Shown: positions 46,632-59,748 of the stretch, one piece after another
Numbering within the stretch: the stretch's first letter is position 1
How the letters are laid out: each line of letters begins with the position of its first letter
Source: Podarcis tiliguerta
Taxonomy: Eukaryota
NCBI GenBank assembly: GCA_965153285.1
Contig: OZ229117.1
Reading direction: 5' to 3' (one strand)
DNA: 64,000 bases
Notes under the pieces: model-generated
What the model was told of the DNA's origin: nothing
What the model saw: only the letters and a program-made list of their open reading frames with translations
The model's database searches: none
Position numbers and translations under genes: made by a program

Positions 46632-47320
46632 GACAAGGAACTGAGCGTCAGGCAAACACCCAAAGCTAAGATTGTAACATGTCACTACCGGCTACTGAGA
46701 CAACAATGAACCACCTTTGGGGTTGGGATTTTATTTACACACAGCCATTATCATAGAGAGGTTCCGTGAAATGGCCCACATTTGGGCATGTGTGGCGATA
46801 TTTTTGTACCAGTCCACAACTTTAAATTAAAAGCGAACAACAAACCGGGAAGTGCACTAGAGCAAATGTTTTCAGCCAGTTTTCATATTTTGCAATGGGC
46901 ATAATGGAGGCTTGTGCTTTTTTGTCTTGTGAGGAAAAATATTCATCTCCATCTGTTTTTTGTTTGTTTGTTTTGTTTTGTTTTAAATAATAAAGTCTTA
47001 TGCAAGGGTGATAAAAAGGTATTGTGCAAGAGTTCTCTTGCCTGCAGAGCTTTTGAGAGAATATCTCCTCTGAACCAGGCATTTGGCCATCAGTGGAAAT
47101 GAGGGCCTTTTGTTTGGTACTGGGGGCTGCCGGAAACAGGCTGGTAGAGTTGCACTTGGGTGAGGATCCAGCAGAAGTCAGGTTGTCGCAATAGACAATT
47201 TCCATGGAAACATTCCCCCCCCCCCCCAGATGAAACACCCATAGCAAAAAATGTGCTAACGAGCTTCCACACCAGCAATCACTGCAGAAGTATAATGAGT
47301 TATTTCTAACCATATTACAA

Positions 47321-47683
47321 CAATGGTTCCCACACCTTTTTGGGCCACTGCCCCCTTGACTCCATAAACTCATCCTCATTGCCCTGTACCCTACCTTATA
47401 AAAAGCATTATTCAGAATAGCAGTTTGCACAACCCACTAATAGCACAATAAAATTTTAAACAGGAACAATTAATTGCACATTTAATCAAAATCCAATTAA
47501 ATCTATTTAGTTTAATTAATTCAACAAAATTGATGAACTTGATCCAGTAATGCCAGCTTTTCAATGTTTGGTAGTCATTTGCACCTCCAGCGTCCCCCTC
47601 ACCCCCACCCCCCCATTTGCCTCTTGGCACCCCACTAAGCAATCCTGCTCCCAGGGCAGTATTGCCTACTTTGGGACCCACTG
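47321..47683. mobile_element. hAT-like MITE (family C), longer copy
   Basis: TIRs caatggttccca / tgggacccactg; homologous to 36549-36796. Confidence 0.75.
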
Positions 47684-47915
47684 TTTTCAAAAGTTTGGGC
47701 TGCCACTTTGATGCTGCTGAAGCTGTCCTGTGGATGCTGTAAAAACAGCAACACCCCCTCTCAGATGTCGGTCTACACATAGCCCCGTTGTGGCCTCCTA
47801 GAAAGGGCTGCATTATGGCTGCAAAGGGCACAGCTTACATGTGTTTTCAGACACCCGTATTTCTAACATGTTTTGTCTCTGTCGTTTTGTCTTGTCTCCC
47901 TGTTGTTTTGCTCAG

Positions 47916-47978
47916 GTTCTGTGCTGCCCGCTGGGGGAAGTTCTGTAGGCAGCGTTAATGGATATCACACCTGCAAAG
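47916..47978 (+). CDS. MACF1: MACF1 exon w31, 63-nt symmetric exon (GSVLPAGGSSVGSVNGYHTCK)
   Basis: gctcag|GT ... AAAG|gtgaga; phase 1-1; matches recalled human GSILPSVGSSVGSVNGYHTCK. Confidence 0.92.
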
Positions 47979-48344
47979 GTGAGAGAGCCCAGACTGTTGT
48001 GCGTGCTTGTGTGAGTTGTGTCCTGTGGCTGGTGTTGTCCTGTTGTTCTCTCAAAGTAACAGGGAAGTTGGTAAGGCCGAGGCACATGTTGCTGGTTGCC
48101 CTGAAGAAGAGCCTGGCTGCTGGATCAGGCCATAGGGGGCCCATTGAGTCCAGCCCTCTGTTCTCACAGTGGCCAACCAGATGCCCCAATGGGAATCCCA
48201 CAAGCAGGACTTGAGTATAGCAGCAGCTCTCTCCTACTGTCTTGTGATTCCCAGCAGCTGGTATTCCAATGCATCCTCTATCCCTTATGGATGGAGATTG
48301 TGTTTGGGTGCCCACTGTTGTCCCCTGTATTCAAGGCAAAATAT

Positions 48345-48485
48345 CACTGGTAGAGCACCTGCCCAGGTTCAATCCCCAGCATCTCCAGGTGGGAATGTCC
48401 TCTGTCGGAAACCCTGGAGAGCTGCTGCCAGTCAGTGCAAGCAACACTGAGCTGGACCAATGGTCTGACTTGATATAAAGCAGCT
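48345..48485 (+). mobile_element. Family D SINE
   Basis: tggtagagcacctgcccaggttcaatccccagcatctccagg..tggaccaatggtctgact. Confidence 0.7.
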
Positions 48486-49255
48486 GGAGAAAAGAAGGTG
48501 TTGCTCTAACCCCAGAGCATGTGTCTCCTCTGTTCGAAGTGTGGGGAGGGGAGAGGGCATGCTGCAGAGTAAAAACTTTGCAAGCGTCCTTTCCCACCCC
48601 ACCCCAAGCCTCACCTGGTGTCCAAGGTGGATACCTTCTCACAACAGTCTGACTGCTTCACCTCAAACCAAATTGTGAGGCCTGCCTGCTGCTCCTCAGG
48701 CCAAGATGGTGGGAGTCAGAGCAAATACTGAGAACTTGCAGAAGAAGAGCAAAAGGTTTTTCTGTGTGAGGTGAATATTTTGGGAGAGGGTTTAGAACTG
48801 CCTCCCCATAACCTGTTGCTGGACTACATGCAACTGGGGCTCATGGAAGTCGTTGGCTAAAACACATGGACGGCACCAGGGTAGGGAAGACTGGCTTATT
48901 TCAGGTGCCTTTTGGAACTCGTGTCTGGTCTGTTCCCTCCAAGGGAAGTAATGCATGGGTCAAATGCGTGGTGAATAACTTGGCATTTCCTGTTTCTGTG
49001 GCTTTATTGGCCCTGCCTTCCATCAGAATGTATGGAAAGCACACATTTGTATGTATAGCTGGTGTGCCTGTGAACCGCACAGGTACAACCACACAGGTAC
49101 CCCTGGAATCACCTCAGCTGATCTGCTTAGGTGTCCTGTCTTTGTCCATATGCACACATCTCTAACTTTTGATCTTTATATTACCATCAATATGGAAATG
49201 AAATCATTTCTCCAGCTCAGATTCAGCCCCCCCCCCTTTGTTTTGTTTTGTTTAG

Positions 49256-49497
49256 ATTTGACAGAGATCCAGTGTGACGTGTCAGATGTCAACCAGCAGT
49301 ATGAGGGGCTTGGTGCCACCTTACGGGGGCACCAGGAGCAGCTGTCCTCCATGTTGGCCAAGATGAGAGATGTCCAGGAGGAGGTGGGCTCCGTTCTGAA
49401 GTGGCTGGAGTCAAAGGAGCGGGCCTTGACCGCGCTGGAAGCTTCCTCCTCACCTACCAAGTCAGAGACGATGAGGGCTCAGGCGGACCATAACAAG
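49256..49497 (+). CDS. MACF1: MACF1 exon w32 (DLTEIQCDVSDVNQQYE..SSPTKSETMRAQADHNK)
   Basis: gtttag|AT ... AAG|gttcct; 242 nt, phase 1-0. Confidence 0.93.
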
Positions 49498-49850
49498 GTT
49501 CCTATTCTTATTCATACATACCTTGATATCCTGCTTCCTCACTTTGTTTGCAGCAGTTTGTGATAGTATAAGGGGAGAACGTCCATATATGAAATAGCTT
49601 TCGGGGGGGGGGATATCACAAAGATATGCAATTTGGAAGTGGTCATTTTTATAGATCTAGCGCAGGAGGTATTCTTTTATAAGGCTGATCTAACAGTTGG
49701 TGCTGGTTCATGGCCAGCCACTGAGCTTAATGACAAGAATCTAGTTGTACTGTGACAACCACAGGTGCTTTAAGGCCTTTATGCGCAATCCAAAAAACTA
49801 AGCAGGGCCCCAGACATAGCATTAAAAAGGGAGTACAGAAGGGAAAGTGT

Positions 49851-50477
49851 TTTTATTTTATTATTTATTTATTTAAGTTGGTAGGCCACCCTCCATCCAT
49901 AGATCTCGGGGCAGTTCACAACATAAAAATGCAAGACAAAAAAAATACAAAATGCATAATAAAAGCAAGAGCAAACTAAGCTTCCACCACCCACAACACA
50001 TTTAAAAGGGTATTGGATGTAATCAGCCAAAGGCCTGGATGAAGAGGATTGTTTTCTCCTGGCGCCTAAAGGTGTATAATGAAGGCGCCAGGTGAGCCTC
50101 CCTGGGGAGAGCATTCCACAAGCGGAGAGCCACCACAGAAAAGTCCTGTTCTCATGCTCCCACCCTCAGTTCCTATCATGGAGGAGGCACATGAAGAAGG
50201 GCCTCAGATGGTGATCTCAGGACCCAGTTAGGTTCATATGAAGAGAGGCAGTCCTGGAGTATTTCAGTCCTGAGTCGTTTAAGGTTATAGCTTAAAGCCA
50301 GCACTTTTAATTGGGCCCCAAAACTAACTGGCAGCTAGTACAGTCAGGCCAGTATCTATGTAATATACTCAAACCATCCTGCCCCGGGCAGTAACCTGGG
50401 TGCTGAATTCTGCACCAGCTGAAGTTGCCGAACTGTCTTCAGAGGCAGCCATACTTATAACGTGTTGCAGTAATCTG
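49851..50477 (-). mobile_element. L2 LINE 3' fragment with decayed ORF2 C-terminus
   Basis: Minus strand encodes DYCNTL..LPLKTVRQLQLVQNSAPRLL (L2 ORF2 C-terminal motif, frameshifted); (TAAA)n tail. Confidence 0.85.
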
Positions 50478-51240
50478 AGAACAAGATGGTAAATTCCTGA
50501 CACTGGACATGGAGGAAGTAACTGAGCAAAGTTCATCTGATCTGTCAAAGAGGAAGGCCTGGCCAAAATAACATAATGTGGCCCTAAGCAGACAAAAGGT
50601 TCAATGCTAACAAACACTTCTGAAGAGCCACCTGAAACTGATGAATGTATGTTAAAGATAAAATGTTCCTTAATTGCTGACTGGATGGTGGCCTTGCAGC
50701 CCTGAGAGTCCAAATTTGAAAATCTGCTACTGGAACTGACTTAACAAAACTGGAGAATGAAGTACTGTCTCTCAGGATTGGCAGTCAGTCAGAGTTGATC
50801 TGACTGGTGATACTTTACAAAGCTGCATTTATAAACCCATTTTTATGTGTTGTGAAAAATTATTGTGCATTTTTCAAACTGACTTGCCCTGAGAGTTCAT
50901 TATTATGTGGCTTTTCATTATGGCCTGTAATATATTTCTGGTTATCAGTGGAAGTGTTGTTGGGTGTGTTGTCCTTTTCAGAAAAGTTCAACGTGTGCTT
51001 ATTTTATAGTATTTTCTAGATTCTGCCCTTCATGAACAGGCACAGCTTGAAATGCATGTGGCACTTAAATCCTTTGGAAATGGCAGCCGTTTTTCTTCCC
51101 ACGCACCCATCCACCCCACACCTTGAGATTTCTGCTGCTTCATCAAATCCACAAACAAACCATATTCTGTTTCTAAGAATAATAATAATATTGCAATTGT
51201 CTCTTGTGGCTCTCTCCCCTCCCCGCCCATGACCCTGTAG

Positions 51241-51370
51241 GCATTTCTGGCTGAGCTGGAGCAGAACGCTGTGAAAGTCCAGAAAGCAAAAGAGTCTCTT
51301 TCTGGACTCCTGGAGAAATATCCCGAATCACCAGAAGCAGGAAATTGGAAGCGGATGCTGGAGGACTTAA
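51241..51370 (+). CDS. MACF1: MACF1 exon w33 (AFLAELEQNAVKVQKAKESLSGLLEKYPESPEAGNWKRMLEDL)
   Basis: ctgtag|GCA ... TTAA|gtatgt; 130 nt, phase 0-1. Confidence 0.94.
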
Positions 51371-53271
51371 GTATGTGACCCAGAGACCTCTGAGAAACTC
51401 ATCTGGGGCTGACCAAGACTGGGCCAGTTCTAGAAAGGCAAAGCAGAGCTCCATCTAGCTGAAATATAGGCTGTGCGGTGGGTGGTGCCGTGGCAATCGG
51501 GAAAGGACTGTATGCTAAGGGGAAAGTGTGGAAAGCAAGACAAGGAAGCCAAAGGTCCAGGAAGTTCTCTTAACTCTAGTGCTGTGGAAGTGAATAAGAG
51601 CTGGCTGCCTCAGACGGCAGATGCTGAAGGCCAGGGAATGGCAGCGAGATGGCGGACAGCAGCCTACTCTGTGCCCCCTAAAGAAGCCTGCTATGCTCAG
51701 GGCGATGCTGTCCTATCACCAGTATCAAAATAAGATTCAGCTACCAGTCCAGTCAGCATCTGTGTATGAAATGAGGGGTGCCATCTTGTCCTTGCCTGTA
51801 GAAGCAAAATGGCTTGTGCTGGCTGGGGAGGGGGAGTCATTTAGAAATTGTGTTACTGACATTCTTGGGGTATCATCAGGTAAACCTCTTCAGTGGCAAG
51901 CAGGCCAGCACATCCTGCTTCTGAACAAAGCAGGCTATCACAGAGTTAAGTGGAGAAAGCATGTGCAGCAGGCAGGGTTCAGCTATCGGGGGGGGGGGGG
52001 GAGAGGCTGAGAGAGGAAGTGTGTCTTAGGCAGTTATCCTTGGTGTGAGAAAAGGGGCCATCCTAAGTGCATGTGTGTGGGTGTGCATTCATTTCCCACA
52101 GGGTTGGCCCAGTGGATTATTCCACAGGAATGTGCAGCTCTTTCCACTTGGGAGCTCTAGCCCCTCCCAGGCTGAGTGCATGGTCTCTCTCCACCCCACT
52201 CCCTGTTCTGCATGCAACAGAGGATCCGCACTGGCCAGAGAGATGGAGTTGCACAAGGCCCTCCTGAGTAGTGTGTAGCAGTTGCAGACCCTGAAGCCTG
52301 CAGTTGTGGGCATGCCTTATAGTCAAGAGTTGCCTTACCCTCATATTTGGTTGTGTTTCCTTTTCCAGACTTTCCCTTGCACAGCCCACTCCAAATCTGA
52401 GTAGAACAGGGTCATGTCCTGACCAGTTTATAATGACATTTTATTTCTGAAGCAGCCAGAAATCATTAGTTAGCACAAAGCATGATCTGGGTTTTGAATG
52501 GGTGTCAGAGCTGATTGTGCCTGTCAGCTTGCCCAAGCTACTGCAGTCTTACTGTTGTTATTTTGGAGGAATGCTGTGTGATTTCCCACCACCACCCCCA
52601 GAAAGATGAAACCTGACATTTTAAATGTTTGCTTAAACTGTAATTCATATTTGCAAAAGAATATTGAAACTGCTTTGCCAAAATTTTCCCCTGAAAACTT
52701 TTTTTTAAGAGCAGTTTTAAGAGCAGTTCCACCTCTGTTTGTTGAGAGGAGACACTCCCTGTTTGCATAGGAACTGGGCCAATGAGAAAAGCATTGTATG
52801 GAATCTTTCCAAAAGTTTATGGAGGAGGCTCTGCCATTCAGCTGAGATCAGGTGCACCACCTCATTTTGTGGGTAGCGTGGGGGTAGGACACAGTGTGCA
52901 CCTGCGTTAAATTTTGGGTTCAGTTTGCAGTATCTTCAGTTAAATCAGGAGGGACAGACTTAACCTTCCAGGGGGCCACATTCTAGCCATACAGGCAAGG
53001 CCACCCCACACTCACACCACACCCATATTCAAACACACATGCCTGCATGCTGTGTCGACCATGTCCCAACCACCTAGGTCCATGTCACCTGGGGAGGGAA
53101 GACCTGGCCTCATTTGGCCCACGGGCCTGAGTTTTCCCACTCCTGCTGTAAATACCTGATCAGGTAAGTCCTAAAAATTCCCTTAGAGGTCCGCATTCAC
53201 CCGTAGCCAATGAGTCCTATGGAAGCCTTTGTGGAGGGAATGTACCCAGTCATGGTGTTTCTGGCATTCAG

Positions 53272-53471
53272 ATTCCAGGTGGGCACATGCCAACCAGGTG
53301 ACAGCAGAGCGCCAGCAGAAGTTGGAGAAATCAGCCAGCGAGCTGGCCAGCTTCCAGGTGGCTGAGGGCCAGCTGCGTCCCTGGCTGATGGAGAAGGAGC
53401 TCATGATGAGCGTGCTGGGCCCACTCTCCATCGATCCCAACATGCTGAATGCACAGAAGCAGCAAGTTCAG
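53272..53471 (+). CDS. MACF1: MACF1 exon w34 ([44 protein letters not shown])
   Basis: attcag|AT ... CAG|gtgaga; 200 nt, phase 1-0. Confidence 0.95.
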
Positions 53472-55337
53472 GTGAGAAGCCAGCAAAGGCATTTTATGCA
53501 ACCAGGTTGAAAAGAGTATGGTGGTCAATGCAGGTGGAAGTGACTACAAGAGTGCACCATGCTGGTCATCTGTCAGTGGAGGGAGCTGTGGACCTTTTGT
53601 ACTGCACTGTCACCACTGCACATGGCGTGAGCAATCGCAGCTTCTAGCCCACCAATGATCAGTTGGTACAAGGGGCCGATATATTTCCACCTGTCCCCTG
53701 GCTCATCAGTTTGAGCAGCACAGGGTGCCTGTCCTTGCCTACCTGCTTTCCAGCTCCAGATCACTAGCCCTGACCGAAGGGGTGCTTGTGTAGAAATGCT
53801 CAGTTTCATTGAGCAGCAGGCCCATCTCTTGCATTTGCCTTCCTCTCCCTTGGATTATGAATCATGCTGCTAAGAAGAGGCCTGTAAGCAGTCAAACGCT
53901 CGAGAGGGTAGGATTGTCGGGAGATCTTCATGCTTATACAGTTTGACTCTCAGTCTGCAACTTGTTTATATGAACTGTAGCAGCAGCAGGACAAATAAGG
54001 CAGGGGAGTGGAATGTCTTTTGAATGTCATCATCATCCCTGACATTTTTTTAAAGCTGAAATCCTGTTTCAAGCTGACTTCCCACAGCTTCTTTCCAGAA
54101 ACTCTACAGATGGTTTATAGCAACTCAATATGCTTTTAGTTGTGTGTCAGCCAACCTAAACTCTTGCAGCAGACTAACTTGTTTAATTGATTCATCAGCT
54201 GACATCACATTCATTTGCAGCTCATTGGATGTATCTTCCTCAATGAAGAGGACAGTTCATCTTTGGCTGCCTCATTGCTGAGACTTCAGCTTTCCAAGGA
54301 GCCTTGGACTTCCTTGGAAGCTTATCAGGGGTTTCTCATTCAGAATCAAATCAGGCATGGCAGGCAAGCTTTTGTTTACCACTTCCCTTCCAGTGTGCAC
54401 ACACAGGGAAATGTTGGGTGTGCTCTAGGACCCACTCAGGTCATGTGAGGCCATCTGGAACACTTGCAAGAACCAAGAGTGTGTCCTGGAACAAGGGTGG
54501 GCAGGAGGTAGGCTGGTTGATCTCTCAGTTGTTCAACATTAGCAACAACAAAATGACTTTTCTCACCTAATTTAGGCTGCTGAAATGGAGATGGCTAACA
54601 GGGAGTGGATTTTTTGTGCAAAAGGACTGAGCTCGGAAAAGAATGAGCTCAGAGGCACCCTGGTATTTAATTCTAACTATGGGCTCCTCCAGACATTCCA
54701 TTTATTCGGCACTCATATTAATTTGTTTGCATGGTGGTTCAACTATGTCTGGTCTTCATTGCACACTCCTTCTGATTTGTTTGTATATATGCCATTTAGC
54801 ATTTCTTCTGCATTCACCCTGACTTTCTTCCAGGGGATTTATACATCTTCCTCTTAGTCAATCATTCATCCCACAGTTTCCCCCATCATTTTCTGTGCTG
54901 CAAAGTGGGACTTGTTTTATAAATTGGAGTTTGTGTAAAAAATGGATTTGTTGCACTTGGGTGACTGAACCCTTTAATCCAGTTGAAATGCCCCAAATAG
55001 TGATGGTCTGGAGGCACCCTGCATGTCTTTTGCACCCGGCTCTCATTGGTAGATCTTGGGATTAGATCCAACAAGCCTGAAGTCCACCTCCGCCCTAGAA
55101 TCCTTTGCAGTGCATTGTGGGGTAGAACGTGTTTTCAGATTAATTAATGTGAAAATGGGAAGTTTGGAAACCACTGATATTTCTAGGAAAGGCATTGCGT
55201 ACATCATATCACATCACATCACATATGTGCTGCTTGATTGTAAAAAACAAAGCACCTTCTAAGTGGTTTTACAAAAAATAAAATAAACATTAAAGTTATC
55301 AATAAAAGCAGTTAAAAGCAAGTAAGGAGGCACCAGT

Positions 55338-55699
55338 GGGACGTGGGTGGCGCTGTGGGTAAAAGCCTCAGCACCTAGGACTTGCCGATCGAAAGGTCAG
55401 CGGTTCGAATCCCCGTGGCGGGGTGCGCTCCCGTCGCTCGGTCCCAGCGCCTGCCAACCTAGCAGTTTGAAAGCACCCCCGGGTGCAAGTAGATAAATAG
55501 GGACCGCTTACTAGCGGGAAGGTAAACGGCGTTCCGTGTGCTGCACTGGCTCGCCAGATGCAACTTGTCACGCTGGCCATGTGACCCGGAAGTGTCTGCG
55601 GACAGCGCTGGCTCCCGGCCTATAGAGTGAGATGAGCGCACAACCCTAGAGTCTGTCAAGACTGGCCCGTACGGGCAGGGGTACCTTTACCTTTACCTT
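55338..55699 (+). mobile_element. Full-length Sauria SINE
   Basis: Head gggacgtgggtggcgctgtggg, B box ggttcgaatcc, (ACCTTT)n tail; 14-bp TSD taaggaggcaccag at 55323-55336 and 55700-55713. Confidence 0.93.
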
Positions 55700-56137
55700 T
55701 AAGGAGGCACCAGAAATTGTACAGCCTGATGTCAATGCACAGGGAATTTCAAAGTGTAAGTGCTGCCACTCTAAAAATTGATTTATTGCAGAATGAGCAT
55801 TATGTGGCACTTGTAACAGTATCAGTTCCAGAGTTCGAAGCAGCTGAGTGGGCACAAATAGGGTGATCCTATAAGTAAACTGGTCCCTGGCTGTTAATGC
55901 CAGTATATAATAGTAACACCTTGAAAATGGCCCAGTAGTAACACCAAGTCATTATTTTCATCAGGTTTCAGAAGGCAGCCGTTCCCTTGGTCCTTTTAAA
56001 AAAGTGTTTTATTATGCAACCAAGACTGACAGTGCTATGGTTGCATTCTCCTTGGCTTCTTTAATCTTTTTGTTAACCATCTTGGTCTCTCATTAAAAAA
56101 CGTACGCACTGTTTCTCCACCCCCTTCCCCATTTTAG

Positions 56138-56633
56138 TTCATGCTGAAGGAGTTTGAGTCCCGCAAGCCCCAGTATGATCAGCTGAATGAGGCTGCCCAA
56201 GGGATACTCACCAGCCCCAGTGAAGGGTCTCCATCCATCAGCAACATGCAGGAGGAGCTCCAGGCTGTCAACCAGAAGTGGACGGAACTCACAGAGAGGC
56301 TCAACTCACGTTCCAGCCAAATCGACCAGGCCATTGTCAAGAGCACCCAGTACCAAGAGCTGCTCCAGGGGCTGTCTGAGAAGGTGAAGGCTGCTGGGCA
56401 GTGCCTGAGCACCCAGTCCACCATCAGCACCCAGCCAGAGGCTGTGAAGCAGCAGCTGGAAGAAACGAGTGAAATCCGGTCCAACCTGGCACAGCTGGAA
56501 GAGGAGATCACGGAGGCTCAGGTCCTATGTGATGAGCTCTCAGTGCTCATTGGGGAGCAGTACCTGAAGGATGAGCTGAAGAAGCGCTTGGAGACGGTGG
56601 CCCTCCCTCTCAAAGGGCTGGAGGATTTGGCAG
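56138..56633 (+). CDS. MACF1: MACF1 exon w35 (FMLKEFESRK..KKRLETVALPLKGLEDLA)
   Basis: ttttag|TTC ... GCAG|gtatgg; 496 nt, phase 0-1. Confidence 0.96.
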
Positions 56634-57300
56634 GTATGGAAATGAATCATTTGAAAACATGGGGTCATCAGGTGCTATATAACACCATTTGCAGAATTTA
56701 GAAACACAGACAGCATTTAGTCGAGAAGGAGGGCTCCCAACAGCCAGGAAAGTTGTGTGGGCAATAAGGACCCAATAGATCCTTGGCTCACCAGATGTGG
56801 TGAAAGGCTTAATCTCAGGGCCACTCCACACATTATGAAGCAAACTCAGTGTGTCACCAACACAGGCCCAATAGGAAGCCCCAGCCAGTGCCATCTCCCA
56901 GGTGTATTTTTCCCTAATGCATGTGTAGAAGATGTGGGATGGTTAGCTGGGCTCCATTTTGTCTGTCTGAAAAGAATTGGAATGCCACCCCATCCCATTT
57001 TGACCACTGCCTCTATGTAAATGTAAGATCTAGAAACCATTTTTTAAGGAAACAGATGTTCTGGGGATCCTACAGAATCAATTAAATTCCCGTGAATAGA
57101 CCCTATGTTCTGTGATTTGTGGCTTTCTAGGTTTATAAGATTGCCTTACCTTTAATGGTATACCAATTTGCTTTTTCACTGAAAGGTGCTTATTTGCGAA
57201 GACTGGAATGTAGATTTGTGCATCAGGAACATTAGGAGAGGTTCCTAGCTTTATGAAATGCATGTCTTAACAATGTATTCCTGCCTCCTCCAATTTTCAG

Positions 57301-58772
57301 GTGACCGGATGAATCGATTGCAGACAGTGCTTGCCAGCTCCCAGCAATTCCAACAGATGTTTGATGAGCTCCACACTTGGCTGGATGACAAGCTGAGGCA
57401 GCAGGCCCAGAGCGGGCCCATCTCAGCTAAGCTGGAGAGGCTGCAGTCTCAGATCCAGGAGCAGGAAGAATTCCAAAAGAGCCTCAACCAGCACAGGGGC
57501 TCCTATGAATTGATTGTGGTAGAGGGTGAGTCTTTGCTTCACTCCATTCATCCCGGCGAGGAGAGAGCCAGTTTGCAAAGCCAGCTGGTCAACCTGAAAG
57601 CAAACTGGGAGGAGCTTAGCAAACAGATCACAGACCGACATGCTAAACTCAAGGACTGCTTACAGAAGGCTCAGAAATACCAGCGTCATGTGGAAGACCT
57701 TTTCCCATGGGTGGAGGACTGCAGGTCAAAGATGCTAGAGCTGGAAGTCACTCTGGATCCAGTGCAACTGGAAGCCACACTCCTGAGGTCAAAGGCTATG
57801 CTGAGCGATGTGGAGAAGCGCCGCTCCCTTCTGGAGATGCTGAACAGCGCCGCTGATATCCTCATCAATGCATCAGAAATGGATGAGGATGATGTTAGGG
57901 ATGAGAAAGCTGGGATCAACCAGAAGATGGATGCTATCACAGAGGAACTCCAAGCAAAGACCGGTTCCCTGGAAGAAATGTCGCAAAGGCTGAAGGAGTT
58001 CCAAGAAAGCTTTAGGAACATTGAGAAGAAACTAGATGGGACAAAGCATCAGCTGGAAATCTATGACGCCCTCGGCCCACAGGCCTGCAGCACTAAGAAC
58101 TTGGAGAAGCTGAGAGCCCAACAGGAGGTTATCCAGGCATTGGAACCCCAGGTGGATTACCTGAGGAATTTCACCCGGGGCCTGGTGGAAGATGCTCCAG
58201 ATGGGTCTGACTCCTCCCATCTCTTAAGTCAAGCTGAGGTCGCCCAGCAAGACTTCAAAGCAGTCAAGCAAAAAGTTAACGAATGTTGTCAACTTATGGA
58301 GAGCAAGCTTGAAGGGATTGGCCAGTTTAATAATCATGTTCGGGAGATGTTCTCTCAGCTGGCTGACCTAGATGACGAGTTGGACAGCATGGGCTCTGTT
58401 GGGAGAGACATGGACAGTCTGCAGTCTCAAGCAGAGGATGTCCATGAATTCCTGGGCAAACTTCAGAGGCTGAGGCTGGATATCCAAGCTTCTGAAGAGA
58501 AATGCAGGCAGATGTTGGATGATGAAGGAAGCCCCGACCTCATAGGGTTGAAACGTGAGCTGGAGACTTTAAATAAGCAATGTGGCAAACTGAACGAAAG
58601 AGGCAAAAGTCGCCTGGAGCAGGTGGACACAACGCTGGCTCGCGTCAAGGACTTCTATGACAAACTAAAGGAGCTGAACTACATGACAGCCACAGCAGAA
58701 GACAGCGAAGCTTTGCAGTGGGTCGTTGGGACAGAAGTGGAGGTTATCAGTCAGCAGCTGGCAGATTTCAAG
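57301..58772 (+). CDS. MACF1: MACF1 exon w36, large spectrin-repeat exon (GDRMNRLQ..SQQLADFK)
   Basis: tttcag|GT ... AAG|gtaagg; 1,472 nt, phase 1-0. Confidence 0.96.
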
Positions 58773-59394
58773 GTAAGGACCTGGCTATGCTGCAGGCGGC
58801 TTCTGGCTAATGCTGAATCTACTGATGAGTTGTTTTTAATGCTGTAACCCACCCTGGGACCTTAGAGTGTAGGGCCTGCACTGCTCCATGGGTGAAAATT
58901 CACCCTGTGCTCATTCTTTTTTTCTTTTTGCCATATATGATCTTTCAGCTTACCTTAGCATTTTTTATACAAACAAGGGAGATAAAAGAGTTCTAGAAAT
59001 AGTATCTTATTTTTAAAAGACCTTTATCACTTGTTTGTATAAACACTGCCAGGTTGGGCAGAAAACAAAGAGCACAGGGTGAATTTCCATCCATGTTATT
59101 CTCCCTGGGTGACTCTTTCATTCGCATGAGCAACTTGTGTGGTCCAATTTAGGAGGCTCTTCATTCATTAAATCTTAGTGTGTACATGTATTGCAACACA
59201 CTAAAAACTTAATATGTTGTGCTTTAAAACATCTGTCCCTCACAACCCACAGAGGTCAATGACTCTCCCCTTATTTGGATTACTTATTCTAAATATTTAA
59301 CTTGAATTTGGTTTGAATATTTTAACAGCTCTCAGCTGCCACAGGTATTCTGTGAAAAGGCTCTTGATATTTAGAATCATGTAAGACATAATGA

Positions 59395-59748
59395 GGGATG
59401 CGGGTGGCGCTGTGGGTTAAACCACAGAGCCTAGGGCTTGCCAATCAGAAGGTTGGCGGTTCAAATCCCTGCGACGGGGTGAGCTCCCGTTGCTCAGTCC
59501 CTGCTCCTGCCAACCTAGCAGTTTGAAAGCACGAAGCACAAGTAGATAAATAGGTACCGCTCCAGCGGGAAGGTAAATGGCGTTTCTGTGCACTGCTCTG
59601 GTTCGCCAGAAGCGGCTTAGTCATGCCGGCCGCATGACCTGGAAGCTGTACGCCGGCTCCCTCAGCCAGTAAAGCGAGATGAGCGCAGCAACTCCAGAGT
59701 CGTCCGTGACTGGTCCTAATTGGTCAGGGGTCCCTTTACCTTTACCTT
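59395..59748 (+). mobile_element. Full-length Sauria SINE (different subfamily)
   Basis: Same architecture; 13-bp TSD taagacataatga at 59382-59394 and 59749-59761. Confidence 0.93.

Larger units (their letters stand above)
601..58772 (+). other. MACF1: MACF1 gene body (partial; 36 coding exons, 4,387 codons; 5' and 3' ends outside window)
   Basis: Exon peptides match recalled vertebrate MACF1 (e.g. [81 protein letters not shown]). All introns are GT-AG and phases are compatible throughout. Confidence 0.97.

Noticed and set aside
601-58772. Identification as dystonin (DST/BPAG1) or plectin
   Set aside because: Recalled diagnostic peptides ([46 protein letters not shown]) and the two plakin-repeat clusters fit MACF1.
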